Source: Promethearchaeota archaeon (GTDB lineage Archaea > Asgardarchaeota > Lokiarchaeia > Sigyniarchaeales > SOKP01). From it: 64,000 nt of DNA. The translations under genes were made by a program, and so were the position numbers. Below, one piece after another: positions 29,234 to 39,285 of this stretch. Each line of letters starts with the position of its first letter. Positions within the stretch are counted from its first letter, which is position 1. The notes beneath the pieces are model-generated. The model made no database searches, had not been told where the DNA came from, and saw only the letters and a list, made by a program, of their open reading frames with translations. Location: assembly GCA_048939015.1 (NCBI GenBank), contig JBHLPW010000008.1:18497-82496 (forward strand), written 5' to 3'.

Positions 29234-30106
29234 ATGGAAATCGAAGATATCTCTAAAAGTGAAAAAGAGGCTTTGGTAGACCTAAAGAGACATATCTCTG
29301 GAGATATATCCGATATTGATTTTAAAATTGAGAATAGGCATATTATCGAGATGCAATTTCCTCCAGAAGGTGTATCAGAATATTCTTGCCGAAGAGAGGT
29401 AAATCTATATGAACTTCCAGAATCTATACGTAATTTGAAATGGCTTCAAGTTTTGGATATTTCAGATAATGAATTAGAGGAGCTCCCCGAGACCATCGGA
29501 AGTTTACCTTCTCTCCGTGTATTAAACCTAGATGAAAATCCTATTAGTTCCTTTCCAGAATCAATAGGTAATTTAACATCACTCCAAGAATTATCATTAA
29601 TCCATCAACATGTGTTAAAATATAGTAGTAAAAGGTTAAGGAAGCTACCGGAATCTATTGGAAATCTTAAATCACTATTAAAACTATCTTTATGGGAAAA
29701 TAAAATAACTTTACTTCCTGAGTCGTTTGGAAAGCTTAAAAATCTTGAAGAGTTAGAATTAAGTTTTAATAAGATAAGTAGACTCCCTAAGACATTTGGA
29801 AACCTTGAATCGCTTCGTGCATTTTTATTTAGGGCAAACAAATTAAAGATTCTACCTGATTCATTTAGTAATTTAAGAAAGCTCCAACAATTAGACATCT
29901 CTTATAATCAATTAAAAGAAATACCTGAGTGGTTTGGTAAACTTGAATCATTGACAATATTAGATATTGAACAAAATAATTTAACTCAACTTCCAGAGTC
30001 CATATTGAATTTATCAAACTTAAAAAGTATAAATGCTGGTGTAGGGAATTCGTTTGATGAGTCTTCCACTGTTATTTTGAATAAGATAAAATATCGGCAC
30101 TCCTGA
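29234..30106 (+). CDS. Leucine-rich repeat protein (23-aa LPxxIGxLxxL repeats)
   Basis: About nine LPES(I/F)G.L..L..L.L..N.L repeats. Confidence 0.92.
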   Translation: MEIEDISKSEKEALVDLKRHISGDISDIDFKIENRHIIEMQFPPEGVSEYSCRREVNLYELPESIRNLKWLQVLDISDNELEELPETIGSLPSLRVLNLDENPISSFPESIGNLTSLQELSLIHQHVLKYSSKRLRKLPESIGNLKSLLKLSLWENKITLLPESFGKLKNLEELELSFNKISRLPKTFGNLESLRAFLFRANKLKILPDSFSNLRKLQQLDISYNQLKEIPEWFGKLESLTILDIEQNNLTQLPESILNLSNLKSINAGVGNSFDESSTVILNKIKYRHS

Positions 30107-30223
30107 TTTGTTTTGGTTTCATTTACTACATTATTATCCAATATAACAAACAAATATAAAATTAAGGCTGAATTAAGATAATATCATCTAATTTATATAT
30201 AAAACAATAAATAACTCGTAATC

Positions 30224-32482
30224 ATGAAATTTAAAAAAAAAATTAACAAATATACAATATTTTTAAGCTTAGTTATTGGCGTTCTTCTGTTCCAATCTAT
30301 CTTCATATACTCATTTATAATAATTGAAAGTGAAGAAAATGTTGAGAAGCAGAAGCTAAAAAACTCAGATTTCTGGGTTTTACCATATAGAATTCATATT
30401 GATAACAATTGGTCAGATACAGCATCCGCTTATGATTGGTGTTCGGGTCTTGGAACACCACAGACACCATATAAAATTGAGAATGTAACAATAGACGCTC
30501 AGAATTCAGGCAGTTGCATCTATATTCTGAATACAAATGATCATTTTATCATCCAAAATTGTACATTAATAAATTCTGAAGCATCACCACACGGGGCAAT
30601 AAGGCTATATTTTGTTAGTAATGGTAAGATTATAGATAACAATATTACAAAGAACAATGGTCGAGCAGTTAGTTTATATGTTGGGAATAATATACTCGTT
30701 GAAGATAATAATATTGTGAATAATGGCTATGGAGTTACACTCTCATATTCCAATGGAAATGAAATTATTAAAAATGATATACAAGATAGTAATCTTTATG
30801 GTATTTATCTCTATGATGCTGATAATAATGTAGTGATGGAGAATGAAGTTGTACATAACGGATATTATGCAGGAGGATATCATGGAATCTATATTACTGA
30901 AAGTTCAGCACCTACAGACTGCCTTAATAATACGGTTAAACATAATAATGTACAAAATAACAGAAAAAGTGGAATATACATTAATTCGTGTGACAATAAT
31001 ACGATATTTGGAAATTCTGTTGAAAATAACCTTGAATATGGTATTTACTTCTATGATAGCGATGATATTATAATAATCGGAAATAAAATTAACGATAATG
31101 GATATGGTTGTATAGCAAATCAATCGAGTGTCAATTATAAAGATGAATGGAATGTGTGTAATGATGTTATTGATCCCTTTACAATTGATGAGACAGGAGG
31201 TGGAGATTTCACCTGGGCTCAGGTTTCTCAATTTGCTTGGGTTGATGGAAGTGGTAGTTATTCTGATCCTTATATGTTAGCAGATCTTTCCATAGATGCT
31301 CAATCAAGCGGATCTTGTATTGTAATTGATACTTCATTTAACAAACATTTTGTTATTAGTGGCTGTACCGTCGTAAATGGTCAAGCTTCAGGAGGAAATG
31401 CAGGAATTAGGTTGAACGATGTTCAGGATGGAACTATCACTTTAAATACCATTATGAACAACTATATTGGCATTTACTTAGATCATGCTGAAAATGTTAC
31501 AGTTAGTGATAATGATCTATATGACAATTTGGGACAAGGTATTATCTTATATCAGAGTCCACAGAATTATATTCTCGACAACGACCAATACGGGAGTATA
31601 TACTATGGTTTACTAGTTAATACGTTTAGCAATAATAATACAATTAAAGGCAATGTTTTCCGAAACAATACAGGAGCTACGGGACATGGAGATGGAATAC
31701 GAGTTTTGGACAGTGATGATAACAGGTTCATTGATAATACTCTTATCAATAATGATCGGGGAATCAAAATTGAAGATGATTCACATAATAACACTATAAC
31801 ACAAAATACTATTCAAAATAATACAGATTATGGTGCGTTGGTCATAGCTAATACTCGAGTGTGCCGTGATAATTTATTTTATCTAAACGATTTTAACAAT
31901 CCATTAGGATTAAATGCATATGATAATGGAACCGATACTAATTGGGACAATGGCGCAACTGGAAATATTTGGAATGATTATAGCGGTGTCGATGCTAATG
32001 ATGACGGATTTGGTGATACACCATATGTACTTCCAGGCATTGGGGGTGGGCAAGACAATCTACCAATTTTTGACGATGGTGATAGTATTGCACCTGTTGT
32101 TACAATTCTCGCTCCAATAGACAATTCGAGATATAACATTACTGCACCATCATATCAGATAAGTATAGTTGAAGATAATCTCGATTCTTACTGGTATATT
32201 ATATCATGGGACAGTGGAGAATCACCGGCATTTACAGCTAGTTTGTCAGGAACAGTAGATCAAGCCTTATGGGACTCTTTACCTTTAGGTAATTATACTC
32301 TGACCGTATATGCTAATGATACAGCGGGAAATATAGGCTCAGATAGCGTGACCATTATTATAGAAGGTTTACCATCTGGTTCCCCTGCAATTCCATTCGG
32401 ATCTTTCTATCTCATTATAAGCCTTGTAAGTGTGGCGATAATACTGATTTCTATAAATTATAAACTTAGGAAGAAGTTTTAA
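30224..32482 (+). CDS. Surface protein with two parallel beta-helix (NosD/CASH) modules, an Ig-like domain and an IPFG-TM tail
   Basis: N-terminal TM; G.GT...PY.IEN and GSGS..DPY module starts; N-rich GIYL repeats; GN.W.DY.G.D...DG.GD.PY; YANDTAGN; IPFG-TM-RKKF. Confidence 0.85.
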   Translation: MKFKKKINKYTIFLSLVIGVLLFQSIFIYSFIIIESEENVEKQKLKNSDFWVLPYRIHIDNNWSDTASAYDWCSGLGTPQTPYKIENVTIDAQNSGSCIYILNTNDHFIIQNCTLINSEASPHGAIRLYFVSNGKIIDNNITKNNGRAVSLYVGNNILVEDNNIVNNGYGVTLSYSNGNEIIKNDIQDSNLYGIYLYDADNNVVMENEVVHNGYYAGGYHGIYITESSAPTDCLNNTVKHNNVQNNRKSGIYINSCDNNTIFGNSVENNLEYGIYFYDSDDIIIIGNKINDNGYGCIANQSSVNYKDEWNVCNDVIDPFTIDETGGGDFTWAQVSQFAWVDGSGSYSDPYMLADLSIDAQSSGSCIVIDTSFNKHFVISGCTVVNGQASGGNAGIRLNDVQDGTITLNTIMNNYIGIYLDHAENVTVSDNDLYDNLGQGIILYQSPQNYILDNDQYGSIYYGLLVNTFSNNNTIKGNVFRNNTGATGHGDGIRVLDSDDNRFIDNTLINNDRGIKIEDDSHNNTITQNTIQNNTDYGALVIANTRVCRDNLFYLNDFNNPLGLNAYDNGTDTNWDNGATGNIWNDYSGVDANDDGFGDTPYVLPGIGGGQDNLPIFDDGDSIAPVVTILAPIDNSRYNITAPSYQISIVEDNLDSYWYIISWDSGESPAFTASLSGTVDQALWDSLPLGNYTLTVYANDTAGNIGSDSVTIIIEGLPSGSPAIPFGSFYLIISLVSVAIILISINYKLRKKF

Positions 32483-32671
32483 ATTCTATTAATTTATACC
32501 ATTTTTTTTATATTCTTTATTTTATTAATATCTCCATATCTCAGAAATCTATATAATTACACCCAATAACAAAATCATTATAAAAATAATAATGTTATTT
32601 GAGATAGTATTGTAGTTTTTAGTCATTTTTTGTTTATTTTTATTGTTTTTGAAAAAAAAAATATTATGAAG

Positions 32672-32712
32672 TAATTGGCTAAAATGAAGATCTCCTTCAT
32701 TCTAGCCAATTA
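32672..32712. terminator. 18-bp-stem hairpin between convergent genes
   Basis: TAATTGGCTAAAATGAAG-atctc-CTTCATTCTAGCCAATTA; the single mismatch is a G-U pair in minus-strand RNA, with a U tract about 10 nt further on. Confidence 0.55.
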
Positions 32713-32782
32713 ATTGTGTTTCTGAACATTGGAAGGGATTTTAATGTCACTTGAATTTTAAAATAAATCAACTAATCATATT

Positions 32783-33160
32783 CTAACTTATTATAATATT
32801 ACATTGGATTAAATGCAATAGAGAGTTATATAAATCATGCAGATCAAATGGTTTTGATTTAAATTTTATAGCTCCTGCAGCTAATGCAGATTCTTCTATT
32901 TTGTTATCTGCACTCATCAATAAAATTTTTACTTGCTTATCTATTCTTAAAATTTCTTTTGCTGTTTCAATTCCATTTTTAAATGGCATTTTATAATCCA
33001 TTATGATTATATCTGGCTTATATTCAAAATTTTTGTATTTTTTAATTGCTTCTATGCCATCTTTAGCAGAATCGATGATATTAAACCCTTTAAATTCTAA
33101 AAATTGCGTACATAATTTTAAGAGAGATTCATCATCATCAACCATAAATATTTTATATAT
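32783..33160 (-). CDS. Stand-alone response regulator receiver (CheY-like)
   Basis: VDDD, IMDYKMP..NG, MSA, KPF; beta-1 strand extends upstream of ATG33145 to ATA33160 behind AGGTGA. Confidence 0.9.
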   Translation of the reverse strand: MYKIFMVDDDESLLKLCTQFLEFKGFNIIDSAKDGIEAIKKYKNFEYKPDIIIMDYKMPFKNGIETAKEILRIDKQVKILLMSADNKIEESALAAGAIKFKSKPFDLHDLYNSLLHLIQCNIIIS

Positions 33161-33210
33161 TTCTAATCACCTTTTTTTATTATAAAATTCCAAAAAAATG
33201 GAGTATTAGT

Positions 33211-34341
33211 TTAAACTTCTATTTCTATCAATAGAGTCTTCAATTCTTCAGCTAGACTTTCTAATTTATGAGAAGTTGCGGTTACCTGTTGCATTGACGC
33301 AGTTTGCTGTTCAGAACTGGTACTAATTCCTTGCATTGATTCAAAAGTAAAATGTATTTTGTTTATAATTGCATCAACTTTTTTACTACTGTTATAAGAA
33401 GCTTTTTTAGATTCTTCTGATAACTTTCGAACTTCATCTGCTACAACAGCAAATCCTCTTCCATGCTCACCAGCTCTACCAGCTTCAATTCTTGCATTTA
33501 AAGATAAGAGGTTGGTTTTCTCTGCCACATCGTTGACTAAGTCCATAACAATTCTAATTTCTTCTGAAGATTTCATTACATCTTCTGTATTTCTAGCAAC
33601 TTCTAGAGTTGTTAAAGAAATTTCTTCAGCAGAAGCATTTACTTCACTTGCATTGGCTGCTAATTCTGAAGCAATATTAGCAACATCGGTGCTAGCTGCT
33701 GATGCTGAATTCAACACCTTTTTTAAGCTTTCATTTATAAATAATATCCTATTTTCAATAAGAACTACTAAGCCCGTAACCATCATCATTATAAAGGAAG
33801 TGAGTGTAAGTAATGTGTAAATCTCTTGAATAAGAATCCCAAAAACGTCTAAAGCGATTATTAAAGGAATTGGACACAAAGAAATAAGTAAGAATGCATG
33901 TGTTGGTGTTTTCTTTTCTTTATAAATTCGAAAAAGCATTATAAAGCACAAAATAAACAATAGTGCAACAAAAAGAAATATATAAATCATTATTAGAATA
34001 ACTGAGGTAATAACTATTACAACTCCAATTATTTTATTTGAACCAGAAATTGAATGTCTTCCAAGAAATATTTGGTAATATTCTTTTAAGATAACTGTGA
34101 ATATTGAAATAGTGGCAGTTATTTGAAAAACAATTGAAAATAGTATTAAAAGTTCATTGTAATAGCTAGCTGTATTAAAAACAGTTCCTAGATAATATGA
34201 GAAATAAGCTACAACCCAACCCACTAAATCTTTACGTCTTATACAAACAAGTGCAAAAACACAAAATGATACAGATGCGAAACCAATCAAAGAAAACTCC
34301 ATAGTGATATAATTCAATACCTTTTCTACCATTTTTTTCAT
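33211..34341 (-). CDS. Methyl-accepting chemotaxis-like protein with 6-TM N-terminus and short signalling domain
   Basis: [40 protein letters not shown] hairpin tip; [11 protein letters not shown] methylation-like helix. Confidence 0.9.
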   Translation of the reverse strand: MKKMVEKVLNYITMEFSLIGFASVSFCVFALVCIRRKDLVGWVVAYFSYYLGTVFNTASYYNELLILFSIVFQITATISIFTVILKEYYQIFLGRHSISGSNKIIGVVIVITSVILIMIYIFLFVALLFILCFIMLFRIYKEKKTPTHAFLLISLCPIPLIIALDVFGILIQEIYTLLTLTSFIMMMVTGLVVLIENRILFINESLKKVLNSASAASTDVANIASELAANASEVNASAEEISLTTLEVARNTEDVMKSSEEIRIVMDLVNDVAEKTNLLSLNARIEAGRAGEHGRGFAVVADEVRKLSEESKKASYNSSKKVDAIINKIHFTFESMQGISTSSEQQTASMQQVTATSHKLESLAEELKTLLIEIEV

Positions 34342-34605
34342 CTATTTTTAATATTTTTTTGAAAATCGATAATTTTTGACATCATTAATTTTAATTTTTG
34401 AACAAAAATTTTTTCTTAATTATATTGTTTTAATTTTCATATTTAAATATTTGTGATTTTCGGTTTCCGAAGGATCAGAGAAAAAACCTAAAATCCTTAA
34501 ATGAAATCAATTTCCAATATTGTAGAATTCATTTTGTAAGTTTTTGAAATAAAAAAATTTCAAGATCCGAAAAAATTAAATAGACATTTAGAGATATTAA
34601 TACTA

Positions 34606-35613
34606 ATGATTAAGAAAAATGAATATCCTGTTCAAAGTTCTTTAAGTTCTCTTAAAGACCTTAGCATTGGAGATATCGCAAATCTTTCAATGCTGCAAAT
34701 AATTATATTACAAATTCTAAAGCAATATAAGAAACCTATAATAAGACATACATTATATCAAGAGATAAAGGACTTCATATCGGGGATAAAAAGAAATCAA
34801 GTCGGCACTCAGGAACTATTCGCAGAAAGTTTCCAGAAGAAAAAAATTTCTCGGCTTTCTACATCGACCTTTTATAGTAATCTTAATTTTCTTGAGCAAC
34901 AGGGGTTTTTGGCGTTTAACAGAAATAAGAAAGGAAAAATCGATACTGTGAAAACATCCCCCTTAACCAATGTAGTAATTAATTTTCTAAGTGAATATTT
35001 CTTATTGAATCTAATTAAGGATCGTGAATTTGATATTTTAGCTTGTGAAAAAATTATTGAGAAAATTGAATCTTACCAACTTGAGAGCAAAAACACTGTC
35101 TTTTCAGTATGGTCTCACGAAAATATAGAACTTACTCTTATAAACTTCTTATTAAAAAAGTTTAATAGTGTATATTTTTTATCTTCAGAAATAACAACAG
35201 AAAAGCTTGTTGAAATTAATTTAAAGGATATTAATTTTACTAAAATAAGTGGGGGTTTAATTAGAGAGCCTGATAATGCATTTGATTATACATTTATTCA
35301 AGGTTATAATGAAAATATGGATTTCTATGGACTAACTCAAGTAGAAATTTTAAAAGAATTAGTAAGAGTTACCAAACCTGGAGGGATCATCTTCTTATTT
35401 ATTAGAACTTCCTTATCAAAAACAAAACATTCTTTAGTTGATAAAGTCATTACAAACAAAATAATTACCTTATATAATAATTACATATTAAAGAACGGAA
35501 AAGCACTAACCAAAAGTCAATTAAAAGATATATTAATTAATGCGGGTTTCGAAAAATACCAAATTTTTGAAGAACAAGGTGCTTTGATTGGTATAGGAGA
35601 AGTTCAAAAATGA
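34606..35613 (+). CDS. Winged-helix (PadR-like) domain fused to a degenerate class I methyltransferase fold
   Basis: LSTSTFYSNLNFLEQQGFL; C-terminal DNAFDY, LKELVRVTKPGGIIFL, LINAGFE; no GxG motif I. Confidence 0.7.
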   Translation: MIKKNEYPVQSSLSSLKDLSIGDIANLSMLQIIILQILKQYKKPIIRHTLYQEIKDFISGIKRNQVGTQELFAESFQKKKISRLSTSTFYSNLNFLEQQGFLAFNRNKKGKIDTVKTSPLTNVVINFLSEYFLLNLIKDREFDILACEKIIEKIESYQLESKNTVFSVWSHENIELTLINFLLKKFNSVYFLSSEITTEKLVEINLKDINFTKISGGLIREPDNAFDYTFIQGYNENMDFYGLTQVEILKELVRVTKPGGIIFLFIRTSLSKTKHSLVDKVITNKIITLYNNYILKNGKALTKSQLKDILINAGFEKYQIFEEQGALIGIGEVQK

Positions 35614-35671
35614 AGTATTATATAATTTAAAAATTAATTATATGATAGGATAGTTAGAAAAGAGGTCATGA

Positions 35672-36391
35672 ATTATACTTTTTAGTCAAATAGCTATACT
35701 CATCTTCGTACATAGTATTATTGTGTTTTTTATTATAACATTAATTATACTCATTATTAAAGTTCTTTTAAGAAATCCAAAGAGTCGATTAAATCAAATT
35801 TTTTCACTTTTTATGATATTAATTGCGTTGAATTATGTATTTGGTTTGATCTTATCTTATTCTTATCAAAGAGGATTTATATCATCTAGTTTTGTAATAG
35901 CTTTTAACATTTTATTAGAAATTATGATCATTTTTTCGGTAGGAATTATATTTTTATATGTTTCAATGCTTTATCGACCAAAAGTAATGTTAAAAAACAC
36001 AAATCAAATCTTATTCTTTGTAACTTTTGGAATATTAATGTTAGTCTTGTTCTTTATCCCTAACGGAGTACAACTCGAAGTGGGAACTGATTATTCTACT
36101 AATTTACCCTATTTCACTTATAGTCTTATAATTTTGATTCTGTTATTTATTAGTTCCAATATCATGTCTATTAAAATTTTTAATCGGCTTAATAATTCGA
36201 TTTTGAGAAAAAAATATAAATTTTTTTGGATTGGAATAATTTTGATTTTTTTTCACCCACTATTGTTAACTATTATTAGATTCATTAATAGTCCAATTTT
36301 GGAATTGATATTATTTATAGTTGCTTTATTTTTACTCTTTGGAGTGCTATTTATATATTATGGTTTGGGAGTCAATATTAAAGACGCTTAA
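35672..36391 (+). CDS. 7-TM membrane protein resembling a stand-alone HisKA_7TM-like sensor domain
   Basis: RNPKSRLNQIFSLF after TM1; about seven hydrophobic helices; frame open from ATT35672 behind GAGGT. Confidence 0.65.
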   Translation: MILFSQIAILIFVHSIIVFFIITLIILIIKVLLRNPKSRLNQIFSLFMILIALNYVFGLILSYSYQRGFISSSFVIAFNILLEIMIIFSVGIIFLYVSMLYRPKVMLKNTNQILFFVTFGILMLVLFFIPNGVQLEVGTDYSTNLPYFTYSLIILILLFISSNIMSIKIFNRLNNSILRKKYKFFWIGIILIFFHPLLLTIIRFINSPILELILFIVALFLLFGVLFIYYGLGVNIKDA

Positions 36392-36572
36392 TAATTCGTA
36401 AATCATAAAAAACATATAGTCAGAAGCTAAACAATCGTAGACCCTTTTTTCTATTAAAAATTAAGTAAAATTAGGAAAATGGAAAAAAAAAAGACTAAAA
36501 AGAGAAATTAATAAATCTAGTAACTATATGATTTAAATTTAAATATTATCCAAACTAAAATGTTGGTTAAAA

Positions 36573-37136
36573 ATGAAAACTGACAATGATAATATAAAAG
36601 GCATTTTACAGATACTTCAAGAGGGATATACCAAGAGAGATCCAAAATACATAGATACTTTCATGCAAATATACTCCTCAAAAGATTCTTCATTGATAAT
36701 TGGTACTGGACAAGGGGGAGATTTTCGAGGTTTTGAGAAAGCAAAAGAGCTTTTTCTATGGGATTGGAAATATTGGGGTGATGTCACGTTTGACATCGAA
36801 ACCACAGATATTCAAGTTAATGGAAATATGGCTTGGGTCTTTATATTTGCTGGTCTTAACTTAAAGCATAGTGAAAAATACTTAAATGAACTTGCTCTTA
36901 ATAGGATTAAAAGTACCCTCGAAAATGAAAAAACTTCAGAGAACGCAAAAATCGCAGATATTTTAAGATTAAGTTCCCTAAATTTCGTCGAAAAGGTTAA
37001 AGGTGAAGAATTTATTTGTCCCTTAAGAGTTACTGTAGTTCTTACCAAAGAAAAAGAGAACTGGTTCATAAATCATATGCACTTCTCGAATCCAATTGGT
37101 TTATTTAACTCCTTTCCCAGAAAAGAAGAAATCTGA
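36573..37136 (+). CDS. NTF2/SnoaL-like protein
   Basis: IIGTG, GNMAWV, RVTVVL.KE..NW.I.HMHFS. Confidence 0.8.
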   Translation: MKTDNDNIKGILQILQEGYTKRDPKYIDTFMQIYSSKDSSLIIGTGQGGDFRGFEKAKELFLWDWKYWGDVTFDIETTDIQVNGNMAWVFIFAGLNLKHSEKYLNELALNRIKSTLENEKTSENAKIADILRLSSLNFVEKVKGEEFICPLRVTVVLTKEKENWFINHMHFSNPIGLFNSFPRKEEI

Positions 37137-37198
37137 AAATTTTTTTATTCAAAGTTAGTGTTTACATATTATTCCTTAGAAGAATCTTAAAATTATTT

Positions 37199-38128
37199 TC
37201 AAAAAATTATTTCCTTTAATCTTGGAAATAAAGAAATAGCATTTTGTTGGACAATTTTCATAAGGTCTTCTCTTTCAAAATTATAATTTTGAAGACCTTC
37301 ATTCATTAGTTTTACAACCCTTTCGGGCAAAAATGGATAATCACTCCCATATAATACTTGTGTTGGTTCAACTAAACTCAGCAGAGAATTTAATGTATAG
37401 GGGGTTGCTGACACAGCAGTATCATAATAAAAGCGTTTCAACTGGTTAATTATCTTTTTATTTCCAAAAGTAATTCTCCAAGTTATAAAGGGAACTGTTC
37501 CTCCTCCATGTGAAAAGACAAAACTTATATCCGGAAAGCGTTTCGTTGCTCCTCTATGTATAAGATTAACAATTGCCCTCGTGGTATCAAAAACGAATTC
37601 TAAAACTGCGGGCTTTATTATCATGGGTAATGTATCTAAAGGAGGCACACTTGGATGTACATAAACCACAGCTTTCCTGCGGTTTAACTCATAAAAAAGA
37701 TCATCATAATGGGCATCTCCGATATAAATACCTCCAAAATTTGTAAGTAATACCACCCCATCTAACTCTAAGGTATCTAGGGCATACTCCAATTCAACTA
37801 TGGAAGCCTCTATATCTGGTAGGGGTAAAATGGCAAACGCACCAAAGCGATTTGGGTATTTATTCACTATATAAGCAGAGATTTCGTTACATTTGCGTGC
37901 TAGCTTTTGAGTGAAATCATTATCTCCAAAAAAAATACCTGGTGCAGAAATTGAATTAATTGCTATAGCTATCCCTTGCCTATCCATAAAAGCAAGAGTG
38001 TTTTCAATATCCCATTGAGGGAATGGTTCACCAACAGCATTTTTAATGCCTACTGAAGCTAAAGCAGTAAGATATTCTTTAGGTACAATATGATGGTGAA
38101 CGTCAATTTTCCGAGAGTTTATTGACAT
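37199..38128 (-). CDS. Amidohydrolase-2 family (ACMSD/aromatic acid decarboxylase-like)
   Basis: IDVHHH, VYVHP, FDTTRA, SHGGG, YYDTA, YGSDYPF. Confidence 0.88.
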   Translation of the reverse strand: MSINSRKIDVHHHIVPKEYLTALASVGIKNAVGEPFPQWDIENTLAFMDRQGIAIAINSISAPGIFFGDNDFTQKLARKCNEISAYIVNKYPNRFGAFAILPLPDIEASIVELEYALDTLELDGVVLLTNFGGIYIGDAHYDDLFYELNRRKAVVYVHPSVPPLDTLPMIIKPAVLEFVFDTTRAIVNLIHRGATKRFPDISFVFSHGGGTVPFITWRITFGNKKIINQLKRFYYDTAVSATPYTLNSLLSLVEPTQVLYGSDYPFLPERVVKLMNEGLQNYNFEREDLMKIVQQNAISLFPRLKEIIF

Positions 38129-38129
38129 A

Positions 38130-39254
38130 TTAATTTTTGAAATATGTAATTATTTTTTTCATACATTTATTTGAACTTGGAATATATTTAAGACCACATA
38201 ATATTGATACGTTAAATAGAATTATATGTTTTGCACCAATTTTGGCATAATTTTCAATTTGACCAATCACTTCATCAGGAGTACCATTTAAGTAAAAATC
38301 ATAACACATTTTACTAGGGATCTTTTCAAGTATTTGCAGCAATGAGTCTTTATCGTAATGTGTAGGAATAAATTCTAAAGTTCCATCAATATTTTCTCCA
38401 AGAGGATGTGATAACCCATATGGCTTGAAATCTTCATGATATAACGGAATTAGGTTATTTTTTGTAATTGGATTTTTGAGCATTTTATCGACTTCTTCCT
38501 TATCCTCATCAGTGATAACTCCCAAAATAATTGCAGGAGTAATCCTATTCATACTTCTATCTGTTTTCTGTGTGTAATTTCGAAGGATCCTCAGTTTCTC
38601 CTTATAAACTTCAGGTTTTAAAAATATAGGCAACCAACCATCACCTAATCTGCCAGTTATATCTAGCATTCTATTACCACGAGCTGCAATCCATATTGGG
38701 GGAAAGGATCCTTTCTTAAAAGGATTTAATCTGAGGAGAGCATTCTCTAACTTCCAAATTTTTCCATCATAATTTATTTGCTCATCACTTTCCCATAATT
38801 TTCTAATGATTGTAACGGCTTCTTCTAATCTAGTTACTGGTTTATCCCACTTAATCCCGTAGGGAACAGTATTTTCTTTTTCACCTGTTCCTATCCCCAA
38901 TATTGCCCTCCCCCTGGATATTTCATCTAAAGTCAGAAAAGTTTGCGCAAGTACCGCAGGATTCCTTCTAAAGGGTTCAGTTACTCCTGTCCCTAGGTAA
39001 ATTTTTTTGGTATTCAAGGCAGCTACAGTCATCATAGCAACAACATCATATATTAAATGGGGACTGGGATAAACAGTAGCAAGATCAGTAATATCTGGAG
39101 TCCATATTGATTCTGGTATCCAATTTAAGATATGATCGGCAAAAAATATGGAATCATATCCCTCTTTTTCATACATTTTAACTGTATTGATATTACTTTT
39201 GAAAGGTGGTATAAATGTTCCTTCTCTCCCTATCTTAAGATCGCTAATGTCCAT
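38130..39254 (-). CDS. LLM-class flavin/F420-dependent oxidoreductase (phthiodiolone ketoreductase-like)
   Basis: FADH, GTGVTEPFRRNPA, SRGRAILGIGTGE.EN..PYG, PPIWIAA.G..ML...G..GDGWLP. Confidence 0.85.
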   Translation of the reverse strand: MDISDLKIGREGTFIPPFKSNINTVKMYEKEGYDSIFFADHILNWIPESIWTPDITDLATVYPSPHLIYDVVAMMTVAALNTKKIYLGTGVTEPFRRNPAVLAQTFLTLDEISRGRAILGIGTGEKENTVPYGIKWDKPVTRLEEAVTIIRKLWESDEQINYDGKIWKLENALLRLNPFKKGSFPPIWIAARGNRMLDITGRLGDGWLPIFLKPEVYKEKLRILRNYTQKTDRSMNRITPAIILGVITDEDKEEVDKMLKNPITKNNLIPLYHEDFKPYGLSHPLGENIDGTLEFIPTHYDKDSLLQILEKIPSKMCYDFYLNGTPDEVIGQIENYAKIGAKHIILFNVSILCGLKYIPSSNKCMKKIITYFKN

Positions 39255-39285
39255 AATATCAAATTTTATAATTCTTTAAATTGGA

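Noticed and set aside
32672-32712. Hairpin as a SECIS element
   Set aside because: The AUGA is Watson-Crick paired rather than forming a GA/AG quartet, and neither flanking gene has an in-frame UGA
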